Source: Vulcanimicrobiota bacterium
GTDB lineage: Bacteria > Vulcanimicrobiota > Vulcanimicrobiia > Vulcanimicrobiales > Vulcanimicrobiaceae
Direction: 5' to 3'
NCBI GenBank assembly: GCA_963812155.1
Contig: CAWETW010000003.1
Span: 32,001 to 96,000, forward strand
DNA length: 64,000 bases
Shown here: one piece after another, positions 9,720-19,632 of the stretch
How positions within the stretch are numbered: the stretch's first letter is position 1
How the letters are laid out: each line of letters starts with the position of its first letter
Notes under the pieces: model-generated
What the model was told of the DNA's origin: nothing
Seen by the model: only the letters and a program-made list of their open reading frames with translations
The model's database searches: none
Program-made: the position numbers and the translations under genes

Positions 9720-10613
9720 GTGCGCGCGACGATTCAACTCTGCACCTACAACCGCGCCGCGCTGCTCGAGCGCGTGCTCGATGCATGCTTCGAACAAACG
9801 GTCCCGCCGGATGCGTACGAAGTCGTGCTGGTCGACGACGGGTCGTCCGACGCCACGCCGGCCGTCATCGAGCGCGCGCGAGCGCGCGCAGCATGCCGGT
9901 TCACGGCCGTACGGCAGTCGAACGCGGGCCTGGCGAAAGGGCGCAACGTGGGGATCGCGCGAGCGTCGGGCGAGCGCATCGCGTTCATTGACGACGACGT
10001 GCTCGTGCTGCCGAACTTCGTCGAAGAGCATCTGCGTTCGCACGCAGCGCATCCGGACGCGATCGTTCGCGGCGGCGCGATCGAAGTCGAGAGTTTCGAC
10101 GTGCTGCCCCCGCCGGTGTGGAGCATTCGAAACTACAGCGGCAACTATTTTTGGACGACGAACGTTTCGGTGCCGCTGGCGACCGTGCGCGCAGCCGGCG
10201 GATTCGACGAGTCTTTTTCGGAGTACGGCTGGGAGGACATCGAACTCGGCTTGCGCCTGCGTCGTGCCGGCGTCAAAGCCGCGTTCAATCCAAAGGCGCT
10301 TGCCTACCATTTCAAGCCGCGCCCGCGCAGCGGCAGCGTCGCCGCGATGCTCCGGCAAGCCGGCGCGCAGGCGCGCACGGCGGCACAGCTTGCGCGACTG
10401 CATCCGGTATGGCGAACCTACCTCGCGACCGGAATCAACCCGGTGCAGCTGCGTTGGCACCGCGCGGCGCGCCGGTTTGCGCTCGCCGGCCGTTTGCGCG
10501 CGCGGCTCGGCGACCTCTCCGCCGATCGTGCGCTGAGCGACCGCGAGCTGCGCGCGGCGCGCGCGCTGGCGGCGGAAACGTACTTCGAGGAACTCGAACG
10601 GGCGCTGCAGTGA
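9720..10613 (+). CDS. Glycosyltransferase family 2
   Basis: CTYNR, DDGSSD, FIDDD, GGFDESFSEYGWEDIELG. Confidence 0.9.
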   Translation: MRATIQLCTYNRAALLERVLDACFEQTVPPDAYEVVLVDDGSSDATPAVIERARARAACRFTAVRQSNAGLAKGRNVGIARASGERIAFIDDDVLVLPNFVEEHLRSHAAHPDAIVRGGAIEVESFDVLPPPVWSIRNYSGNYFWTTNVSVPLATVRAAGGFDESFSEYGWEDIELGLRLRRAGVKAAFNPKALAYHFKPRPRSGSVAAMLRQAGAQARTAAQLARLHPVWRTYLATGINPVQLRWHRAARRFALAGRLRARLGDLSADRALSDRELRAARALAAETYFEELERALQ

Positions 10614-11587
10614 AGCGCATTCTGCTGTCGCGCACCGATCGAATCGGCGATTTGATCCTGTCGACCCCGGCGATTGCAACCGTGCGAGCGTCGTTTCCGC
10701 AAGCGCACGTCGCCATGGTCGTGAGCCCGTACAACGGCGTCGTCATGGAACGCAACGGCGACGTCGACGAACTGATCGTGCTTCCACGAGAAATCGAACC
10801 CAGCGCCTTCGGCCGCAGCCTGCGCGGCTACGACGCGGCAATCGCGCTGGCGCCTCGCGCCGTCGATCTCCGGCTGGTCGGCGCGACGCGCGCCCCCCTG
10901 CGCGTCGGCTACACCTACGAACGGCGCTGGCTGGCGCGTTTGACCGCGCCGCTGTACGTCAACCGGCTCATGATCTCCGAAGCGGATCCCGAACTCTGCG
11001 AGCGCCGCCCCGACCGGATCGTCCGCCACGAAGTCGTGCAGTTGCTCGACCTGGTGGCGCTGGCCGGTGCAACGCGGCGGATAGACCGGCTGCGCCTCGA
11101 CATTACCGACGCCGACCGGGACGTCGCGCGAGCGCTTCCGCCGAATCCCATCGTGCTTCACCTCGGACAGCGCTGGTTCCGCAACGGCAGCACGCTGCCC
11201 GCCACCCTTGCGATCGTTCGCCGGATCTCGAGCTATGCGCCGGTCGTCATCACCTGTGCGCGCGAATGCGAGGACGCGGCGCCGGCATTCGAAGCCGCCG
11301 GCGACGTTGTGCGGCTGCTGCGGGGCCTGCCCTTTCACCAATGGGCGGCGGTCTTCGAATGCGCGCGACTCGTCGTGACCGTCGACACCGGTGCGACACA
11401 TGTCGCAAGCGCCGTCCGAAGGCCCACCGTCGTCGCTTTCGAACACCGCTACTTCCGCCTGAACTCGCAGGAATGGGCGCCGTACGGCGTGCCGCACGTG
11501 CTCGTTCGCAAGCCGGCGAACGAAGACGCGGCGTCGCTGGCGACGTTTTGCGGCGAGATCGTCGGCGGCGTCGCTTCGCTCCTTTAA
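10610..11587 (+). CDS. Glycosyltransferase family 9 (heptosyltransferase-like)
   Basis: ILLSRTDRIGDLILSTP, VDTGATHVASAVRRPTV, WAP. Confidence 0.88.
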   Translation: MKRILLSRTDRIGDLILSTPAIATVRASFPQAHVAMVVSPYNGVVMERNGDVDELIVLPREIEPSAFGRSLRGYDAAIALAPRAVDLRLVGATRAPLRVGYTYERRWLARLTAPLYVNRLMISEADPELCERRPDRIVRHEVVQLLDLVALAGATRRIDRLRLDITDADRDVARALPPNPIVLHLGQRWFRNGSTLPATLAIVRRISSYAPVVITCARECEDAAPAFEAAGDVVRLLRGLPFHQWAAVFECARLVVTVDTGATHVASAVRRPTVVAFEHRYFRLNSQEWAPYGVPHVLVRKPANEDAASLATFCGEIVGGVASLL

Positions 11588-11593
11588 ATTTCT

Positions 11594-12502
11594 ATGCTCG
11601 ACGTTTCGATCGTCATTCCGACGTATAACCGTCTCGACACGCTGCAGCACGTCGTTCCGACGCTGCTCGCGCAGGACGTGCCGCACGACCGGTACGAGTT
11701 GCTGATTTGCGACTCGCGCTCGACCGACGGCACGGCCGAGTATCTCGCGCGCGTTACGGCCGAGCATCCCAACGTGCGGCATTTGCCGGGCGACTACTCG
11801 GGACGCGCGGCCGCCCGCAACGCCGGCATCGAAGCGTCCGGCGGCGAGATCGTGCTCTTCAACGATTCCGACATCCTCGCGTCGCCCGATTTGCTTTCGC
11901 AACACCTCCGGCGGCATCGGCAGCGCCGCGACATCGCGGTCGTCGGATTGGAGGTGCAGGTGAAGGATCTCGCCGATTACGAGCGCAAACGCGACCGGCC
12001 ACAGGAGCGCGGAAGCCTGCATCCGCCGTCGCGCGAACGTTTGTCGTGGCTCTATTTTCTCACGGGCAACGCCTCGGTGCGGCGAGCCGACCTCGTACGG
12101 GCCGGTGGATTCGACGAGAGTTTCACGGGCTACGGACACGAGGATCTCGAACTCGGTTATCGATTGCAGAAGGCCGGCATCGCAATCGTTTACGAACCCG
12201 CGGCCGTGAACTATCACTGTCAAGACGTCGGCCACGACGACCAAAAGGAGAAGATGAGGCTCGCAGGGCGTTCGACGGTACGTTTCTACCGTAAGCATCC
12301 CGACTTTGCCGTGAAGCTCAACCTCGGCATGACGCCGGTTTCGCTCGGCCTGCATGCGGCGTTGACGCGCATGCCGTCCGTGCTGGGGTTTTTCGATGCG
12401 CGCGCCGGCGCCTCGAAGTTCGCGCGCAACCTCATCGCGCAGTATTACTACGTGTCGGGCATCAAGGAAGCGCTTGCAATGCGCGACGACGGCCGTGGAT
12501 AG
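11594..12502 (+). CDS. Glycosyltransferase family 2
   Basis: SIVIPTYNR, STDGT, FNDSD, GGFDESFTGYGHEDLELG. Confidence 0.9.
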   Translation: MLDVSIVIPTYNRLDTLQHVVPTLLAQDVPHDRYELLICDSRSTDGTAEYLARVTAEHPNVRHLPGDYSGRAAARNAGIEASGGEIVLFNDSDILASPDLLSQHLRRHRQRRDIAVVGLEVQVKDLADYERKRDRPQERGSLHPPSRERLSWLYFLTGNASVRRADLVRAGGFDESFTGYGHEDLELGYRLQKAGIAIVYEPAAVNYHCQDVGHDDQKEKMRLAGRSTVRFYRKHPDFAVKLNLGMTPVSLGLHAALTRMPSVLGFFDARAGASKFARNLIAQYYYVSGIKEALAMRDDGRG

Positions 12503-14264
12503 CGCGAGAACGGTTTGCGGCGCCCTGCGTGCCGCCGACGACGGCCGGCGAGTGGAATTGAACGGCTGGATCAACCGCCGGCGAGACCACGGCGGACTCA
12601 TCTTCGTCGATCTCCGCGACGCGAGCGGCCTCGCGCAAATCGTTTTCGACCCGGCGCAGGCAAGTTTTCGCGAGGCGGAACGTCTTCGTCACGAAGACGT
12701 CGTGCGGGTGACCGGTAACGTGCGGCGGCGGCCCGCCGGAACGGAGAATCCACGGCTGGGCACCGGCGACGTTGAGGTCGCGGTCGAAGAGCTCGAGATT
12801 CTCAACCGGTCGCAAGTTCCGCCGTTCCAAGTGAACGCCGACGATCCGGTCGACGAGAATCTGCGGCTCGAATACCGCTACCTCGACTTACGGCGCACTC
12901 GAATGCAGGAGAACTTGCGCGTGCGCCACCGGATCGTCAAGGCGATGCGCGACTTTTTCGACGCGCGCGGCTTCGTCGAAATCGAAACGCCGATGCTCAT
13001 CAAGTCGACCCCAGAAGGCGCTCGCGACTACTTGGTGCCGAGCCGCGTTCACGCCGGAACGTTTTACGCCCTTCCCCAGTCGCCGCAGATGCTCAAGCAG
13101 ATTTTGATGGTCTCAGGCTTCGGGCGTTACATGCAGATCGCGCGCTGCATGCGCGACGAAGATCAGCGCGCCGACCGGCAGCCCGAGTTCACGCAACTCG
13201 ACGTAGAGATGTCGTTTTGCTCGCAGGACGACGTGCTCGAAACGATGGAATCGTGCATGCGCACGGTGTGGCAGTCGGTGCTCGGCATCGATCTGCCGCC
13301 GTTCTCCCGGCTGACCCACGCGGAGGCGATCGCCAAGTACGGTCTCGACAAGCCGGATTTGCGCTTCGGTCTCGAACTCACCGACGCCGCCCCGATATTT
13401 GCGTCGACGCAGTTTGCGGTGTTTCGCGGCGCGCTCGACGCAGGAGGCGCGGTCGTCGCGCTGCGTTACCCGGGCGGAGCGTCGCTCTCGCGCCGAGACT
13501 TCGACGCTTTGACGGAGACGGCGAAAACCTACGGTGCGAAGGGCATGGTCTGGATCGCGCTGGGCGCCGACGGAGTGAAGTCGCCGGTTGCAAAGTTCTT
13601 GCAGGAGTCCGAACTCGACGCGCTGCGTAGGCTCGCATCCCTGGAATCGGGCGACGCCGTCCTGCTTTTCGCCGACGCGCGTCCGGAGCTTGCGTATGCG
13701 GTTGCCGGAAAGATGCGCAACGACGTCGGCGATCGCTGCGGATTGCGCGATCCGTCGCGTTACGCGTTCTGTTGGGTGACCGGCTTTCCGTATCTGGAGA
13801 TTGACGAAGCGACCGGGAAGCCGGCGCCCGCGCATCACCCGTTCACCGCGCCGGCGCCCGGCGAGTGGGAACTCATCGAGCGCGATCCGACCACGATGCG
13901 CGCGCAGCACTACGACATGGTGCTCGACGGATACGAGCTCGGATCGGGCTCGATCCGCATCCATCAGGCGCACTGGCAACGCAAAATCTTCGAGATGCTC
14001 GGATTGACGCCCGAACAAATCGAAGATCGGTTCGGGTTCTTCCTGCGCGCGCTCGACTACGGCGCGCCGCCGCACGGCGGCATGGCGCTCGGGATCGACC
14101 GCATCGTGATGCTCGCGTGCCGCGAAGAGAACATCCGCGACGTCATCGCGTTCCCGAAAAACCAAGTCGCACGCGACCTGATGATGGACGCGCCTTCTCC
14201 CGTGCCGGACGGTTTGTTGTCCGATCTGCACTTGCGCAGCACCGTTCCGAAGGGGCCCGGATGA
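12495..14264 (+). CDS. aspS: Aspartate--tRNA ligase, probably non-discriminating Asp/Asn type
   Basis: RRRDHGGLIFVDLRD (His typical of the ND type), STPEGARDYLVPSR, LPQSPQ, RQPEFTQLD, GAPPHGG. Confidence 0.96.
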   Translation: MDSARTVCGALRAADDGRRVELNGWINRRRDHGGLIFVDLRDASGLAQIVFDPAQASFREAERLRHEDVVRVTGNVRRRPAGTENPRLGTGDVEVAVEELEILNRSQVPPFQVNADDPVDENLRLEYRYLDLRRTRMQENLRVRHRIVKAMRDFFDARGFVEIETPMLIKSTPEGARDYLVPSRVHAGTFYALPQSPQMLKQILMVSGFGRYMQIARCMRDEDQRADRQPEFTQLDVEMSFCSQDDVLETMESCMRTVWQSVLGIDLPPFSRLTHAEAIAKYGLDKPDLRFGLELTDAAPIFASTQFAVFRGALDAGGAVVALRYPGGASLSRRDFDALTETAKTYGAKGMVWIALGADGVKSPVAKFLQESELDALRRLASLESGDAVLLFADARPELAYAVAGKMRNDVGDRCGLRDPSRYAFCWVTGFPYLEIDEATGKPAPAHHPFTAPAPGEWELIERDPTTMRAQHYDMVLDGYELGSGSIRIHQAHWQRKIFEMLGLTPEQIEDRFGFFLRALDYGAPPHGGMALGIDRIVMLACREENIRDVIAFPKNQVARDLMMDAPSPVPDGLLSDLHLRSTVPKGPG

Positions 14265-14660
14265 ACGCGGCCGTGCGGTTTTATCCGTGGCTCGCCCTCG
14301 CACTAGCCGTCGCTACGGCCGGCTGCGGCGGGCAACGTCACGCCGCCGCACTCTCCAAAGATCTTTCTGCCGTTGACTCCGTGCGAATCGCGCGAGATCA
14401 CGCTCGACGGCGCTGACGTGCTGCTGACGAGCAACGCCGACTCGTCGCTGGCATCGGTGCACGTCCGCAATGCCGCAAACGATGCGATCCGCCGCGACGT
14501 GTTGCGCGACGTCTACCGCACCTTCGGCGCCATCCACATCGACACCGAGACGATCGCCCGCTCGAACAAATGGGGCCTGACCACTTGGACCGACCGTTGC
14601 GGCCGGCCGATCACGTTTACCGTCCCGTCCCCGCACCCCACGTCATTCTCTTCTCCCTAG
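14261..14660 (+). CDS. Hypothetical lipoprotein, apparent single-base frameshift near 14365
   Basis: Lipoprotein signal (LALAVATAGC); removing one T from the TTT at ~14364-14366 joins it to ORF 14373..14660 (KDLLPLTPCESRE...). Confidence 0.55.
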
Positions 14661-14708
14661 GACGTCATCGCGAGTCCCTAGGACGTCCTCGTGCGCGCCT
14701 CGGACGTG
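14654..14708. promoter_or_regulatory. Three direct repeats at 21-bp period (candidate regulator binding sites)
   Basis: CCTAGGACGT at 14656 and 14677, CCTCGGACGT at 14698; first two share TCCCTAGGACGTC. Confidence 0.55.
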
Positions 14709-14833
14709 AGGTGACTCCTAGCGTGGCGGGTCGAGCGAAGCGCCCGGTGTCATCACCCGCCGTCGCGCGGAAAACCACGCGCGTTCAACGAAATCCGAGA
14801 GCGAGCAGGAAAGCGCCATTAAGGAAGGCAGGC

Positions 14834-16222
14834 ATGCGGACGCTCTTTCGAATCCTTCGCGCCGGCAGCACGATTGTCGCCCTCGCAGTAGGGGCAGGAT
14901 GTGCAGGCGGCGGCTCGGTTTCTCCAACGGTGCCTTTAGCGAACGCAATCGTGCAGAACGCGTCCGGCATCGTTCGCGGCCATACGGCCGGCAAGATTCA
15001 ACACGTCGTTATCATCATGCAGGAAAACCGCTCGTTCGATAACCTGATGCAAGGGTTTCCGGGCGCCGACACGCAGTCGTACGGTTACGACAGCAACGGC
15101 AACAAAGTTACGCTCAATCCGATTTCTCTGGCCACGTACTGGGATCTCGATCACAGCTCGGGTTCGTTCTTCACGGCTTGCCACGGTAAAGGGAAGTATC
15201 CGGGAACGTTATGCCGGATGGATGGCTTCAACAACGAGTGGGTGGGATGCGGGTACTCCAGCGATCCCTGTCCGTACAAGGAACCGCAATACGCCTACGT
15301 TCCCCACGACGAGTCGGCACCGTATTTTGCGATGGGCGAGAAATACGTCGTCGCCGATCGCATGTTCGCATCGCACTTCGATGCCAGCAGTTTCATCTCG
15401 CACCAATACATTATCGCCGGAGAGGCCGGGAATTCGGCGGTGGATTATCCTAGCGGAGCGTGGGGATGCGACGGCGGCCCGAGCGACACGATCCCGACGG
15501 TGAACCACAAGCGCCAAATCGGCGTCCCCTACCAGCGGGTCTGCTGGGACGACCAGACCATCGGCGACGAAGCCGACGCAGCCGGCGTTACGTGGGCGTT
15601 CTACGATGCCGGTTTCAGCGGCGACGGCGGTTTCTGGAACGCCTACGATGCAATCCGGCACATTCGCAACGGCCCCGACTGGAATAAAGACATGCGTACG
15701 CCGCAGACGCACATCTTTTCCGACTTGCAAAACGGCGATCTGCCGAACATTAGTTGGGTGATTCCGACGTGGGAGAACTCCGATCACGCCGGCAACAACT
15801 CCGACACCGGTCCATCGTGGGTTACGCAGGTCGTTAACGCGATCGGCCAGTCGAAATACTGGAAATCGACGGCGATCTTCATCCTCTGGGACGATTACGG
15901 CGGCTGGTACGACCACGTCGCGCCGCATAAAGTCGACTACCGCGGACTCGGCATGCGCCTGCCGCTCATCATTATCTCGCCATACGCCAAGAAAGCCTAC
16001 GTCTCACACGTTCCGTACGAGCACGGGAGCATCTTGCGCTTTATCGAGGATCAATTCGGACTGGGACAGTTGGCGGCCAGCGATAAGCGCGCCACGTCTC
16101 CCCAGGCCGATTGCTTCGACTTCAGCCAGAAGCCGCGCCCATTTACGCCGTTCCAATCTAAGTACGACCGGGCGTTTTTTCTGCACCAACCGCTCTCGCG
16201 TCACCCCGTCGACGACAAGTAA
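14834..16222 (+). CDS. Phosphoesterase / phospholipase C family lipoprotein
   Basis: KIQHVVIIMQENRSFDN, ILWDDYGGWYDHV, G.R.P...ISPYAK, EHGSILRFIE; lipobox-like VGAGC. Confidence 0.88.
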   Translation: MRTLFRILRAGSTIVALAVGAGCAGGGSVSPTVPLANAIVQNASGIVRGHTAGKIQHVVIIMQENRSFDNLMQGFPGADTQSYGYDSNGNKVTLNPISLATYWDLDHSSGSFFTACHGKGKYPGTLCRMDGFNNEWVGCGYSSDPCPYKEPQYAYVPHDESAPYFAMGEKYVVADRMFASHFDASSFISHQYIIAGEAGNSAVDYPSGAWGCDGGPSDTIPTVNHKRQIGVPYQRVCWDDQTIGDEADAAGVTWAFYDAGFSGDGGFWNAYDAIRHIRNGPDWNKDMRTPQTHIFSDLQNGDLPNISWVIPTWENSDHAGNNSDTGPSWVTQVVNAIGQSKYWKSTAIFILWDDYGGWYDHVAPHKVDYRGLGMRLPLIIISPYAKKAYVSHVPYEHGSILRFIEDQFGLGQLAASDKRATSPQADCFDFSQKPRPFTPFQSKYDRAFFLHQPLSRHPVDDK

Positions 16223-16239
16223 CCCTCCCTTCCGCAGCT

Positions 16240-16286
16240 GTGTCACCCTGGGCGGAGCGCGGCGGAGCCGCGCGCAATCGAAGGAC
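16240..16286 (+). repeat. Structured REP-like element, copy A
   Basis: GTGTCACCCTGGGCGGA-GCGCGGC-GGA-GCCGCGC-GCAATCGAAGGAC; homologous to copies at 38576, 58954 and 58998. Confidence 0.8.
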
Positions 16287-16975
16287 CGAGAATCTCTCGT
16301 GCGCGGGAAAAAACCGCATCGAACATCGGCTTCGTCGAGAACGCCCGTGTTGGTGTTTTGGCGGCTTGGGTGATACGAGGCAATCACGGTCAGCGTACGC
16401 GAGCCTCGTCTCGCCGTCGATTCGCCGCCGTGCGCGAACTGCGGGCGCTGCGGCTCGAGCTCCCAACCCGTTTCGCGAAGTGCCTTGAGAATTGCAGCGA
16501 AGCCGATCGACCCCAAACCGATCGCGACGCGCAAATCGCGCAGCGCTTCGAACTCTTCCACCAAATACGGGAAACAGTTGCGCAACTGCTGCGGCGTCGG
16601 CTTGTTTTTCGGCGGCGCGCAGCGCAGCGCCGCGGTGATGAAGCAATCGACGAGTTCGAGCCCGTCGTTTCGGTCGACCGCGTTCGCTTTCGTCGCAAAA
16701 CCAGCGCGATGCAGCGCGGGATAGAGAAAACCGCCGGACGCGTCACCGGTGAACGGACGCCCGGTGCGGTTGCTGCCGTGCGCCCCGGGCGCCAGCCCGA
16801 CGATTGCGACGCAGGCGCGGGCGCGGCCGAACGCCGGGACGGGCTTGCCCCAGTAGACGCAATCCGCGTGAGCCCGTTTTTTCTCGAGCGCAATGCCGGC
16901 GGTGTACGCGCGCAACTCCGGACAGCGCGTGCAGGCAACGACCGCGCTCTGCAGCGCCGCGAGCGACTTCTTCAC
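16243..16975 (-). CDS. udgB: Uracil-DNA glycosylase family 5 (UdgB), frameshift near 16336
   Basis: CTRCPEL, GLAPGAHGSNRTGRPFTGD, RCAPPKNKP, SYHPSRQNTNTG; deleting one base gives the typical end GVLTKPMFDAVFSRAR, with stop at 16243-16245. Confidence 0.85.
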
Positions 16976-17048
16976 GAAAATCGTTTGCTCTTGCGCCGCT
17001 CAAACTTCCTTTCGAGGATAACGGAAGCGTGGTATTCAATCCACCGTA

Positions 17049-18276
17049 GTGACCGAAGCAACGGCCGTGGGTGCGGCACACGCACTCGATCGGCGCGGCA
17101 TCGCGCTGCTTTCGCTCGCGCACGTCGCCAACGACGCCAATCAAAGCGTGCTGCCGGCAATCATTCCGTGGCTCGTCGCGCACCGCGGGCTCTCCCTGAC
17201 GTCGGCCGCCACGCTCGTGCTCGCGATGAATCTCTCGTCGTCGGTCATTCAGCCGCTCTTCGGGCATCTCTCCGATCGTCGTTCGCTGGTATGGGTTATT
17301 CCCTCCGGGCTGCTGGTCGCCACGGCCGGTATGTCGGCCGTCGGGATTCGCTCCATCGATGCCGTTGATGTTTCTCGGAGCGCTCGTTTCTGGAATCGGC
17401 GTTGCGGCGTTTCATCCGGAAGCCTCGCGATACGCAAACTACTTCGGCGGAGAGCAGCGCGCCACGTCGATGAGTTGGTTCACGACCGGCGGCTACCTTG
17501 GTTTTGCCATGGGACCGGTTATCGTGACGCCGCTGCTCGTCGCATTCGGGTTGCATGGAACCGCTTTTCTCGTCGTGCTCGGCGCCGCGCTCGCCGCGTT
17601 GTTGGTAAAAGCGATGCCGCGCTTCGAGCGCGCACGGCTGCAGGCGCATCACCGGCATCGCGCGCGTCCCGGAGTCGACGACTGGCGCGGCTTTTCAATC
17701 ATGACGGTCATGGTCGCGCTGCGTTCGAGCGTGTTCTTTGCCGCGGTGACGTTCATGCCGCTCTTCGCGATTGCCGTCGCGCACGTTGACAAGGCGCTCG
17801 GATCGGCGGCGCTGGCCGCGATGCTATTCGGCGGCGCGTTCGGCACGCTCTGGGGCGGACGGCTGGCCGACCGCTTCGATCGGCGGCGCATCATCTCGCT
17901 TTCGCTCGTGCTGACCGTCGTAGGCGGTGCGGCGCTGACGCTGGCCGGTGCGTTCGCACCGCTCTTCGGCGTCATCGTGGCGATTGCGGTCGTCTTCGGC
18001 GTCGCGCTCGGGCTCTCGGCCGGCGTGATCGTGGTCGTCGGGCAAGAGTATCTGCCGCAGCGCATCGGCATTGCTGCGGGCGTCACACTCGGTCTTTCGG
18101 TGACCATCGGTGGGCTCGCCGCACCGCTGTTCGGCGCGATCGGCGACAGCCGCGGCTTGGTCGCAGTCTTCGCAGCGGCAACGGCGCTCGCACTGCTGGC
18201 ACTCGCGGCATCGCTGTTCATGCCCCGGCCGCGTCAGGACAAGTTCGGAAAACCGATTGCCGCGAGTGCGGCGTAG
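17049..18276 (+). CDS. MFS transporter, fosmidomycin-resistance (Fsr)-like, frameshift near 17344
   Basis: AHVAND, QPLFGHLSDR, G.AAFHPEASR, GGRLADRFDRR; one extra G in GGG splits ORFs 17049 and 17359. Confidence 0.85.
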
Positions 18277-18758
18277 GCAGCGATCCCGACCGCGGTCGAG
18301 AGGTTGATGCTGCGCACCGCGCCGTCGCGCATCGGAATTCGCAGCACGCGCTCCGGATAACGCGCGAGCAAATCCGCCGGCAATCCTTGCGTTTCCTTGC
18401 CGAAAATCAACACGTCGCCGCGCGCGTACGCCGCGTCGGCATACCGTTGCCGCCCGCGCGTGGAAAAGAACCAGCGCGATCGCGACGCGGTGGCGTCCAA
18501 GAACGCGGCTAGCGACGGGTGGACGACCAGCGCGACGCGATCCCAATAATCGAGGCCGGCGCGCTTGAGGTCGCGGTCGGCGATGCTGAAGCCGAGCGGT
18601 TCGACGAGATGCAGCGCGCAGCCGGTCGCGGCGCACAGCCGCGCGACGTTTCCCGCGTTCGGCGGTATCTCAGGCTCGACGAGCGCGAGGTGCAGCGGCG
18701 CATCGGCGACCGCCGCGAACGCTCGCGGCGTTACCGGCGGCTCGCTACGGTGCGGCAA
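18234..18758 (-). CDS. trmL: tRNA (cytidine/uridine-34-2'-O)-methyltransferase
   Basis: LVEPEIPPNAGN, RAGLDYW, FGKETQGLP, RSINLS. Confidence 0.93.
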   Translation of the reverse strand: MPHRSEPPVTPRAFAAVADAPLHLALVEPEIPPNAGNVARLCAATGCALHLVEPLGFSIADRDLKRAGLDYWDRVALVVHPSLAAFLDATASRSRWFFSTRGRQRYADAAYARGDVLIFGKETQGLPADLLARYPERVLRIPMRDGAVRSINLSTAVGIAAYAALAAIGFPNLS

Positions 18759-19632
18759 GCACGCTCGCGTAATCGATGCCGTTGGGCGCCACCACGTAGG
18801 CGACGCCCTCGTTGCGCTGCCACACGTACTCGATCGCGTCGCGCGGATAGACGACGCGAACGTTCGGTGCCGCGGGATCGTTCATGGCACAATCGCCGCT
18901 CGACGTAAACCCGGTGAGCACGGCGAGATGGCCGTCCGAATGTTCGAGCGGTGCGCCCGGCAACTCGCCGTCCCGCCACGAATAGGAAATGGCGACCGGA
19001 AGGTTGCGTTCGATCAGGCGCTGCGCGTGATCGAGGTTTTGCAAGTGCGCGACCACGGCCCGCAACCCCAAACTGCCGCTGTAGGCAACGTTGAACGTCC
19101 AGTTTCCCGTGCCGTTGTACGCGCGATCGAAGACGGCGCGGGCCGTCTCCTCGACCGAAACGTCGATGCCGTGATAGGCGTTTAGCATCGAAAGGCTGGC
19201 GGGGCTGCACCAGCCGCGTTCGTTTTCGTTGACGTACTGCGAGCGTGCCGGAACGTCGAGGATGAGCGCCTCGCGCGCGTAGGGAAGGCAGCGGCGAGCT
19301 CGCGCCGGCGACGAGAAGGCCAGCGTGTTGAAATCGACGCCGTTGGCGCGAACGTCGATGCCGTCGAACGGACGCGACGACCGAATGACGTCGACGTCGA
19401 CCCGCGTGCCATCGTGCTCCGGGCTGAACGACTTCGATCCGTTCGGGTGCCATAGTGCATAATCCATCCAGGGCGTGGCCGGCGCGTGCGCGCGCAACAG
19501 GCGAAACTCGATGCGTCCGACCGGCGCGAACGTGTTCCAACTGACCACCCCGGCGCGCGCCGGTTCGAAGAGTAAACGCGCCGTTTCGCGTACGTCGCGA
19601 ACCTCGGCAAAACCGCCGCTCACACGTTCCAT
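18745..19632 (-). CDS. Peptidase C39-like (papain-fold) protein
   Basis: SQY...WCSPASLSM (Cys), GNWTFNVAY, SDGHLAVLTGF (His), NDPA (Asp). Confidence 0.8.
   Translation of the reverse strand: MERVSGGFAEVRDVRETARLLFEPARAGVVSWNTFAPVGRIEFRLLRAHAPATPWMDYALWHPNGSKSFSPEHDGTRVDVDVIRSSRPFDGIDVRANGVDFNTLAFSSPARARRCLPYAREALILDVPARSQYVNENERGWCSPASLSMLNAYHGIDVSVEETARAVFDRAYNGTGNWTFNVAYSGSLGLRAVVAHLQNLDHAQRLIERNLPVAISYSWRDGELPGAPLEHSDGHLAVLTGFTSSGDCAMNDPAAPNVRVVYPRDAIEYVWQRNEGVAYVVAPNGIDYASVLAAP

Noticed and set aside
18745..19632. RiPP/bacteriocin cluster suggested by the C39 peptidase
   Set aside because: No ABC exporter fusion, precursor peptide or modifying enzyme nearby; context points to peptide catabolism.
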